A DNA stretch of 64,000 nt from Escherichia coli (GTDB taxonomy: Bacteria > Pseudomonadota > Gammaproteobacteria > Enterobacterales > Enterobacteriaceae). The notes under the pieces were generated by a model that saw nothing but the letters and a program-made list of their open reading frames with translations, searched no databases and was not told the DNA's origin. Location: assembly GCF_003334385.1 (NCBI RefSeq), contig NZ_QOWN01000020.1, one strand, 5' to 3'. The stretch's first letter is position 1, and each line of letters opens with the position of its first letter. Positions 56,609 to 64,000 of the stretch are shown here, piece after piece. The translations under genes and the position numbers were made by a program.

Positions 56609-57499
56609 TTATTTGGACGTTCTACGCTGCGTATAAATCGCATCCATCACAAAAATTGCCAGCGCCACCCAAATAAAGGCGAAAGTCACCATCTTATCGG
56701 CACCCGGTTTTTCACCATAAAACGTCACAGCCAGCAGGAACATCAGCGTCGGGCCAATGTACTGGAAAAAGCCTAACGTTGAGAGACGCAAGCGCGTGGC
56801 AGCGGCGGTAAAACACAACAGCGGTACGGTAGTGACAATACCGGCGGCGATCAGCAGTAAATTCAGCGACATCGGGTTTTGCCCCATATGGCTGGTTGAG
56901 CTGTCGGCAATAGCAAACAGGTAAATTGCCGCCACGGGCAGCAGCCACATGGTTTCGATTAACATGCCGGTTTGCGCTTCAACGGCAATCTTCTTGCGTA
57001 CCAGACCGTAGAAGGCAAAACTAAATGCCAGTCCCAGCGCGATAATAGGTAGCGAACCAAAAGTCCACAGCTGGACTAACACGCCACATATCGCCAGAAT
57101 CACCGCCAGCCATTGCATCCGGCGGAATCGCTCGCCGAGGAAAATCATCCCCAGCACAATGTTCACCAGCGGGTTAATAAAGTAACCAAGGCTCGCTTCC
57201 AGCATATGGTGATTGTTCACCGCCCAGATAAACAGTAGCCAGTTGCCACCAATCAGCACGGCAGAGACTGCCAGCATAAAAATTTTCTGTGGCGTCTGAA
57301 TCAGCGTTTTTAAATAGGACCACTGGCGGCAAATGCTCATCAGCACCACCATAAAGAAAAACGACCAGATCACGCGATGCGTCAGGATTTCATCGGCGGG
57401 CACGTAGTAAATCAACTTGAAGTACGCTGGCGCTATACCCCAAATAAAATAAGCGGCAAGAGCGAGTAATACGCCCTGCCGCGTTTGTTTTGCATCCAT
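56609..57499 (-). CDS. rarD: EamA/DMT-family transporter RarD
   Basis: ORF track 296 aa with 10 predicted TM segments. Recognised as RarD. Confidence 0.93.
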   Translation of the reverse strand: MDAKQTRQGVLLALAAYFIWGIAPAYFKLIYYVPADEILTHRVIWSFFFMVVLMSICRQWSYLKTLIQTPQKIFMLAVSAVLIGGNWLLFIWAVNNHHMLEASLGYFINPLVNIVLGMIFLGERFRRMQWLAVILAICGVLVQLWTFGSLPIIALGLAFSFAFYGLVRKKIAVEAQTGMLIETMWLLPVAAIYLFAIADSSTSHMGQNPMSLNLLLIAAGIVTTVPLLCFTAAATRLRLSTLGFFQYIGPTLMFLLAVTFYGEKPGADKMVTFAFIWVALAIFVMDAIYTQRRTSK

Positions 57500-57550
57500 C
57501 GGGAATACTCATTTTTAATTGGTAACAGCAGTTTACCTGCTTTTATGTCT

Positions 57551-58018
57551 TCAACCTACCATATAGGTGGCGGTGGCACTGGCAATATAAAGCTGTTCTT
57601 CATTGTGTAATTCAACGCGGGCGACGGCGACTTTATTGCCTGCACGCAACAGGCTACTAGTAGCAGTAAAACGCTCGCCCCTGCCTGGGCGCAGATAATC
57701 AACGCGAAGATCAATGGTCCCCATCCGCGATAGCCGCTGGCGTAGTTCATCTTCACTGATGGTTTCGTGGCGGGTTAAGGTACTTCCCACGCACACCAGA
57801 CCGGCGGCGACATCCAGCGCCGACGCAATGACCCCGCCGTGCAAAATGCTTTGCGCCCAGTTGCCCACCATCATTGGCTGATTTTTAAAGGCCAGCTGTG
57901 CGAACTCTTTTTCGTAACGCTCCAGTTCCATCCCCAATGCGCGGTTAAATGGCATGTGATAAACAAACATCTCACCCACTAATTTCAGGGCTTGTTCAGC
58001 GGTCAGTACGGCAGACAT
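57551..58018 (-). CDS. yigI: Hotdog-fold (PaaI/4HBT-type) thioesterase YigI
   Basis: ORF track 161 aa. I chose the ATG at 58018 (155 aa, [18 protein letters not shown]...). The NxxxxxHGG motif ([13 protein letters not shown]) is present. Confidence 0.9.
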   Translation of the reverse strand: MSAVLTAEQALKLVGEMFVYHMPFNRALGMELERYEKEFAQLAFKNQPMMVGNWAQSILHGGVIASALDVAAGLVCVGSTLTRHETISEDELRQRLSRMGTIDLRVDYLRPGRGERFTATSSLLRAGNKVAVARVELHNEEQLYIASATATYMVG

Positions 58019-58182
58019 ATCATCCTTACACTTCATTGGTTAATGAAATGTTGATTTTATGCTTCTTTGTTGTTGGTTTCTACTTTAGGAAGGGATAACT
58101 AACGGCTATGGAGTTAAGTATGTAAAATAGCCCGCAGAAAAATATTCACCTTATCAATAATTCGTTACGGAGAACACGACCG

Positions 58183-59052
58183 ATGCGGACTCTGCAGGGC
58201 TGGTTGTTGCCGGTGTTTATGTTGCCTATGGCAGTATATGCACAAGAGGCAACGGTGAAAGAGGTGCATGACGCGCCAGCGGTGCGTGGCAGTATTATCG
58301 CCAATATGCTGCAGGAGCATGACAATCCGTTCACGCTCTATCCTTATGACACCAACTACCTCATTTACACCCAAACCAGCGATCTGAATAAAGAAGCGAT
58401 TGCCAGTTACGACTGGGCGGAAAATGCGCGTAAGGATGAAGTAAAGTTTCAGTTGAGCCTGGCATTTCCGCTGTGGCGTGGGATTTTAGGCCCGAACTCG
58501 GTGTTGGGTGCGTCTTATACGCAAAAATCCTGGTGGCAACTGTCCAATAGCGAAGAGTCTTCACCGTTTCGTGAAACCAACTACGAACCGCAATTGTTCC
58601 TCGGTTTTGCCACCGATTACCGTTTTGCAGGTTGGACGCTGCGCGATGTGGAGATGGGGTATAACCACGACTCTAACGGGCGTTCCGACCCGACCTCCCG
58701 CAGCTGGAACCGCCTTTATACTCGCCTGATGGCAGAAAACGGTAACTGGCTGGTAGAAGTGAAGCCGTGGTATGTGGTGGGTAATACTGACGATAACCCG
58801 GATATCACCAAATATATGGGTTACTACCAGCTTAAAATCGGCTATCACCTCGGTGATGCGGTGCTCAGTGCGAAAGGACAGTACAACTGGAACACCGGCT
58901 ACGGCGGCGCGGAGTTAGGCTTAAGTTACCCGATCACCAAACATGTGCGCCTTTATACTCAGGTTTACAGCGGCTATGGCGAATCGCTCATCGACTATAA
59001 CTTCAACCAGACCCGTGTCGGTGTGGGGGTTATGCTAAACGATTTGTTTTGA
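58183..59052 (+). CDS. pldA: Outer-membrane phospholipase A
   Basis: ORF track 289 aa. Signal peptide, then the active-site context YNHDSNG. Confidence 0.96.
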   Translation: MRTLQGWLLPVFMLPMAVYAQEATVKEVHDAPAVRGSIIANMLQEHDNPFTLYPYDTNYLIYTQTSDLNKEAIASYDWAENARKDEVKFQLSLAFPLWRGILGPNSVLGASYTQKSWWQLSNSEESSPFRETNYEPQLFLGFATDYRFAGWTLRDVEMGYNHDSNGRSDPTSRSWNRLYTRLMAENGNWLVEVKPWYVVGNTDDNPDITKYMGYYQLKIGYHLGDAVLSAKGQYNWNTGYGGAELGLSYPITKHVRLYTQVYSGYGESLIDYNFNQTRVGVGVMLNDLF

Positions 59053-59135
59053 TGAACGGTTGAGTGGTTGGCAAATCTGGAATCCAGCATCCAGGATTAC
59101 CCTCTCAGAGACTAAAAGCATTGCAGTTTCTCGCG

Positions 59136-59162
59136 CAGGCGCTGAAAATAGCGCCTGTTTTT
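59136..59162 (+). terminator. Rho-independent terminator after pldA
   Basis: CAGGCGCT-GAAAAT-AGCGCCTG followed by T5. Confidence 0.8.
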
Positions 59163-59184
59163 ATTTCAGGCAATCGGGGTGAAT

Positions 59185-61014
59185 GTGGCGCAGGCGGAAG
59201 TGTTGAATCTGGAGTCCGGAGCTAAACAGGTTTTACAAGAAACCTTTGGCTACCAACAGTTTCGCCCCGGCCAGGAAGAAATTATCGACACTGTGCTTTC
59301 CGGCCGCGATTGCCTCGTCGTCATGCCCACTGGTGGCGGAAAATCCCTTTGCTATCAAATCCCTGCCTTATTGCTAAACGGCCTTACCGTGGTTGTTTCA
59401 CCGCTGATTTCGTTGATGAAAGATCAGGTGGATCAACTGCAAGCCAACGGCGTGGCGGCGGCGTGCCTTAACTCGACGCAAACCCGCGAACAGCAACTTG
59501 AAGTGATGACAGGCTGCCGCACCGGGCAAATTCGTCTGCTTTATATCGCCCCGGAACGCCTGATGCTGGATAACTTTCTTGAGCATCTGGCGCACTGGAA
59601 TCCGGTGTTATTAGCCGTTGATGAAGCGCACTGTATCTCCCAATGGGGCCACGATTTCCGCCCGGAATATGCCGCGCTCGGTCAGTTGCGCCAGCGGTTC
59701 CCGACGCTGCCGTTTATGGCGCTGACCGCCACAGCCGACGACACCACGCGCCAGGATATCGTGCGCCTGCTGGGGCTGAACGATCCGCTGATTCAAATCA
59801 GCAGTTTTGACCGTCCGAATATTCGCTACATGCTGATGGAGAAGTTCAAACCGCTCGATCAGTTGATGCGCTACGTGCAGGAACAGCGCGGTAAGTCAGG
59901 CATTATCTACTGCAACAGCCGCGCGAAAGTAGAAGACACCGCTGCGCGCCTGCAAAGCAAGGGAATTAGCGCGGCGGCCTATCATGCCGGGCTGGAAAAT
60001 AATGTTCGCGCCGATGTGCAGGAAAAATTCCAGCGCGATGACCTGCAAATTGTGGTGGCGACGGTGGCGTTCGGCATGGGCATCAATAAACCAAACGTTC
60101 GCTTCGTGGTCCACTTTGATATTCCGCGCAATATCGAATCCTATTATCAGGAAACCGGACGCGCCGGGCGTGATGGCCTGCCCGCGGAAGCGATGCTGTT
60201 TTACGATCCGGCTGATATGGCGTGGCTGCGCCGTTGTCTGGAAGAGAAGCCGCAGGGGCAGTTGCAGGATATCGAGCGCCACAAACTCAATGCGATGGGC
60301 GCGTTTGCCGAAGCGCAAACTTGCCGTCGTCTGGTATTGCTGAACTATTTTGGCGAAGGGCGTCAGGAGCCGTGCGGGAACTGCGATATCTGCCTCGATC
60401 CGCCGAAACAGTACGACGGTTCAACCGATGCTCAGATTGCCCTTTCCACCATTGGTCGTGTGAATCAGCGGTTTGGGATGGGTTATGTGGTGGAAGTGAT
60501 TCGTGGTGCTAATAACCAGCGTATCCGCGACTATGGTCATGACAAACTGAAAGTCTATGGCATGGGCCGTGATAAAAGCCATGAACATTGGGTGAGCGTG
60601 ATCCGCCAGCTGATTCACCTCGGCCTGGTGACGCAAAATATTGCCCAGCATTCTGCCCTACAACTGACAGAGGCCGCGCGCCCGGTGCTGCGCGGCGAAT
60701 CCTCTTTGCAACTTGCCGTGCCGCGTATCGTGGCGCTCAAACCGAAAGCGATGCAGAAATCGTTCGGCGGCAACTATGATCGCAAACTGTTCGCCAAATT
60801 ACGCAAACTGCGTAAATCGATAGCCGATGAAAGTAATGTCCCGCCGTACGTGGTGTTTAACGACGCAACCTTGATTGAGATGGCTGAACAGATGCCGATC
60901 ACCGCCAGCGAAATGCTCAGCGTTAACGGCGTTGGGATGCGCAAGCTGGAACGCTTTGGCAAACCGTTTATGGCGCTGATTCGTGCGCATGTTGATGGCG
61001 ATGACGAAGAGTAG
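59185..61014 (+). CDS. recQ: ATP-dependent DNA helicase RecQ
   Basis: ORF track 611 aa from the GTG at 59179. I chose the GTG at 59185 (609 aa, (M)[29 protein letters not shown]). DEAH box ([14 protein letters not shown]), Zn-binding Cys cluster and C-terminal HRDC region are present. Confidence 0.94.
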
Positions 61015-61077
61015 TCAGCAGCATAAAAAAGTGCCAGTATGAAGACTCCGTAAACGTTTCCCCCGCGAGTCAAATGT

Positions 61078-61698
61078 ATGTTGATGTTATTTCTCACCGT
61101 CGCCATGGTGCACATTGTGGCGCTTATGAGCCCCGGTCCCGATTTCTTTTTTGTCTCTCAGACCGCTGTCAGTCGTTCCCGTAAAGAAGCGATGATGGGC
61201 GTGCTGGGCATTACCTGCGGCGTAATGGTTTGGGCTGGGATTGCGCTGCTTGGCCTGCATTTGATTATCGAAAAAATGGCCTGGCTGCATACGCTGATTA
61301 TGGTGGGCGGTGGCCTGTATCTCTGCTGGATGGGTTACCAGATGCTACGCGGTGCACTGAAAAAAGAGGCGGTTTCTGCACCTGCGCCACAGGTCGAGCT
61401 GGCGAAAAGTGGGCGCAGTTTCCTGAAAGGTTTACTGACCAATCTCGCTAATCCGAAAGCGATTATCTACTTTGGCTCGGTGTTCTCATTGTTTGTCGGT
61501 GATAACGTTGGCACTACCGCGCGCTGGGGCATTTTTGCGCTGATCATTGTCGAAACGCTGGCGTGGTTTACCGTCGTTGCCAGCCTGTTTGCCCTGCCGC
61601 AAATGCGCCGTGGTTATCAACGTCTGGCGAAGTGGATTGATGGTTTTGCCGGGGCGTTATTTGCCGGATTTGGCATTCATTTGATTATTTCGCGGTGA
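61078..61698 (+). CDS. rhtC: Threonine exporter RhtC (LysE/RhtB family)
   Basis: ORF track 206 aa, MLMLFLTVAMVHIVALMSPGPDFFFV... Confidence 0.95.
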   Translation: MLMLFLTVAMVHIVALMSPGPDFFFVSQTAVSRSRKEAMMGVLGITCGVMVWAGIALLGLHLIIEKMAWLHTLIMVGGGLYLCWMGYQMLRGALKKEAVSAPAPQVELAKSGRSFLKGLLTNLANPKAIIYFGSVFSLFVGDNVGTTARWGIFALIIVETLAWFTVVASLFALPQMRRGYQRLAKWIDGFAGALFAGFGIHLIISR

Positions 61699-61721
61699 TG
61701 CCAGACGCGTCTTCAGAGTAA

Positions 61722-61751
61722 GTCGGATAAGGCGTTTACGCCGCATCCGAC
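61722..61751. repeat. REP element between convergent rhtC and rhtB
   Basis: GTCGGATAAGGCGTTTACGCCGCATCCGAC, an imperfect palindrome sharing the GGCGTTTACGCCGCATCCG core with 53551-53571. Confidence 0.8.
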
Positions 61752-61759
61752 ATTATTTT

Positions 61760-62380
61760 TCACGCATGCCTCGCCGATGCTAACAGCGCTCCCACCAGCA
61801 TAAACAACGAGCCGAAAATCTTATTCAGCGCCTTCATCTGCTTTGGTCCTTTAATCCATAGAGCAATCCGTTGAGCAAGGGTGGCGTAACCGATCATCAC
61901 AATAATATCGACCACAATAGTGGTGACGCCGAGCACGATATACTGCATCAGTTGCGGCTGTTGCGGCATGATGAATTGCGGAAATAGCGCCGCCAGAAAC
62001 ACAATACTTTTGGGATTGGTGAGATTCACAAAAACTGCGCGCTGGAACAAATGTCGACGCGATTGAGTAGAGGCCAGCGATTTAAGGTCAATTGCACCAG
62101 CGGCGCGCCACTGCTGGATTCCCAGCCAAATCAAGTAAGCCGCGCCTGCCCACTTCAACACTTCAAACGCAATCACTGAGCGGGAAAATAGCGTCCCCAA
62201 CCCCACGCCAACCAGCACAATATGAATCGCCAGTCCGGTCTGAAGCCCAGCAATAGACGCCACCGCGCCGCGATAACCGTGGTTGAGCGAGGTGGTCATA
62301 GTGTTGATTGCACCAGAGCCTGGCGACAGGCTTAAAATGATCGATGTCAGCAGGTAGGCAAACCACCATTCTAAGGTCAT
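61760..62380 (-). CDS. rhtB: Homoserine/homoserine-lactone exporter RhtB
   Basis: ORF track 206 aa, [28 protein letters not shown]... Paralogue of rhtC. Confidence 0.95.
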
Positions 62381-62490
62381 GATGAACTCCCGGTGTGTCT
62401 ATTTTTGTGCCACAATACGCTACTGTCGCAGCGTTGTGTCAGGCACGCTAAAAAAAACGATTTTACGTGGTTTAAGAGGCAGATTACCCG

Positions 62491-63513
62491 ATGTTTCAGC
62501 AGCAAAAAGACTGGGAAACAAGAGAAAACGCGTTTGCTGCTTTTACCATGGGACCGCTGACTGATTTCTGGCGTCAGCGTGATGAAGCAGAGTTTACTGG
62601 TGTGGATGACATTCCGGTGCGCTTTGTCCGTTTTCGCGCACAGCACCATGACCGGGTGGTAGTCATCTGCCCGGGGCGTATTGAGAGCTACGTAAAATAT
62701 GCGGAACTGGCCTATGACCTGTTCCATTTGGGGTTTGATGTCTTAATCATCGACCATCGCGGGCAGGGACGTTCCGGTCGCCTGTTAGCCGATCCGCATC
62801 TCGGGCATGTTAATCGCTTTAATGATTATGTTGATGATCTGGCGGCATTCTGGCAGCAGGAGGTTCAGCCCGGTCCGTGGCGTAAACGCTATATACTGGC
62901 ACATTCGATGGGCGGTGCGATCTCCACATTATTTCTGCAACGCCATCCAGGTGTATGTGACGCCATTGCGCTAACTGCGCCAATGTTTGGGATCGTGATT
63001 CGTATGCCGTCATTTATGGCACGGCAGATCCTCAACTGGGCCGAAGCGCATCCACGTTTCCGTGATGGCTATGCAATAGGCACCGGGCGCTGGCGCGCGT
63101 TGCCGTTTGCTATCAACGTACTGACCCACAGCAGACAGCGATATCGACGTAACTTACGCTTCTATGCTGATGACCCAACGATTCGCGTCGGTGGGCCGAC
63201 CTACCATTGGGTACGCGAAAGTATTCTGGCTGGCGAACAGGTGTTAGCCGGTGCGGGTGATGACGCCACGCCAACGCTTCTCTTGCAGGCTGAAGAGGAA
63301 CGCGTGGTGGATAACCGCATGCATGACCGTTTTTGTGAACTCCGCACCGCCGCGGGCCATCCTGTCGAAGGAGGACGGCCGTTGGTAATTAAAGGTGCTT
63401 ACCATGAGATCCTTTTTGAAAAGGACGCAATGCGCTCAGTCGCGCTCCACGCCATCGTTGATTTTTTCAACAGGCATAACTCACCCAGCGGAAACCGCTC
63501 TACAGAGGTTTAA
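62491..63513 (+). CDS. pldB: Lysophospholipase L2
   Basis: ORF track 340 aa. Alpha/beta hydrolase nucleophile elbow AHSMGG. Confidence 0.95.
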   Translation: MFQQQKDWETRENAFAAFTMGPLTDFWRQRDEAEFTGVDDIPVRFVRFRAQHHDRVVVICPGRIESYVKYAELAYDLFHLGFDVLIIDHRGQGRSGRLLADPHLGHVNRFNDYVDDLAAFWQQEVQPGPWRKRYILAHSMGGAISTLFLQRHPGVCDAIALTAPMFGIVIRMPSFMARQILNWAEAHPRFRDGYAIGTGRWRALPFAINVLTHSRQRYRRNLRFYADDPTIRVGGPTYHWVRESILAGEQVLAGAGDDATPTLLLQAEEERVVDNRMHDRFCELRTAAGHPVEGGRPLVIKGAYHEILFEKDAMRSVALHAIVDFFNRHNSPSGNRSTEV

Positions 63514-63520
63514 ATTTCTT

Positions 63521-64000
63521 ATGTACCAGGTTGTTGCGTCTGATTTAGATGGCACGTTACTTTCTCCCGACCATACGTTATCCCCTTACGCCAAAGAAAC
63601 TCTGAAGCTGCTCACCGCGCGCGGCATCAACTTTGTGTTTGCGACCGGTCGTCACCACGTTGATGTGGGGCAAATTCGCGATAATCTGGAGATTAAGTCT
63701 TACATGATTACCTCCAATGGTGCGCGCGTTCACGATCTGGATGGTAATCTGATTTTTGCTCATAACCTGGATCGCGACATTGCCAGCGATCTGTTTGGCG
63801 TAGTCAACGACAATCCGGACATCATTACTAACGTTTATCGCGACGACGAATGGTTTATGAATCGCCATCGCCCGGAAGAGATGCGCTTTTTTAAAGAAGC
63901 GGTGTTCCAATATGCGCTGTATGAGCCTGGATTACTGGAGCCGGAAGGCGTCAGCAAAGTGTTCTTCACCTGCGATTCCCATGAACAACTGCTGCCGCTG
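63521..64000 (+). CDS. yigL: HAD (Cof-type) sugar phosphatase YigL, 5' 160 codons (runs off the window end)
   Basis: Hand translation from the ATG at 63521: MYQVVASDLDGTLLSPDHTLSPYAKETLKLLTARGINFVFATGRHH... HAD motif I is DLDGT. It is absent from the ORF track because there is no stop in the window. Confidence 0.92.
   Translation, partial: MYQVVASDLDGTLLSPDHTLSPYAKETLKLLTARGINFVFATGRHHVDVGQIRDNLEIKSYMITSNGARVHDLDGNLIFAHNLDRDIASDLFGVVNDNPDIITNVYRDDEWFMNRHRPEEMRFFKEAVFQYALYEPGLLEPEGVSKVFFTCDSHEQLLPL

Noticed and set aside
59155-59169. A possible SOS box, CTGTTTTTATTTCAG, upstream of recQ.
   Set aside because: Its spacing is CTG-N9-CAG, one nt short of the LexA CTG-N10-CAG geometry. It also overlaps the pldA terminator T-tract. 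I do not call it a LexA site.
63578-63910. A 110-aa minus-strand ORF near the window end.
   Set aside because: It is antisense to yigL, whose plus-strand frame gives the recognisable HAD phosphatase sequence.

Overview
This window is contiguous Escherichia coli core chromosome, the ilv-rho-wec-hem-cya-uvrD-recQ region just clockwise of oriC, in the same orientation as the K-12 map. I recognised it from the sequence and the ORF translations. Gene order: 3' end of an rrn operon (5S rRNA, tRNA-Asp, tRNA-Trp), hdfR, maoS/maoP(yifE), comM, ilvL-ilvX-ilvGMEDA, ilvY, ilvC, ppiC, yifN, rep, gppA, rhlB, trxA, rhoL-rho, the 12-gene enterobacterial common antigen cluster (wecA to wecG), yifK, the argX-hisR-leuT-proM tRNA operon, aslB, aslA, GlmZ sRNA, hemYXDC, cyaA, cyaY, lptM(yifL), dapF-yigA-xerC-yigB, uvrD, yigE, corA, yigF, yigG, rarD, yigI, pldA, recQ, rhtC, rhtB, pldB and the 5' part of yigL. 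I see no IS element, prophage, integron, CRISPR array or defence island. The strain is not wild-type K-12: ilvG is open through the K-12 frameshift site, yifN is uninterrupted, and hemX carries an expanded hexanucleotide repeat. I do not find convincing evidence of an undescribed multi-gene system. The best leads are small: an orphan PemK/MazF-like gene (yifN) with no antitoxin partner, a perfect (GGTGCA)11 in-frame repeat in hemX, the low-GC yigG-yigF membrane-protein pair, repeat motifs upstream of glmZ, and a 460-bp unannotated gap between cyaY and lptM. Gene names come from my recognition of E. coli proteins. Coordinates come from the ORF track, with start codons re-chosen by reading the sequence.
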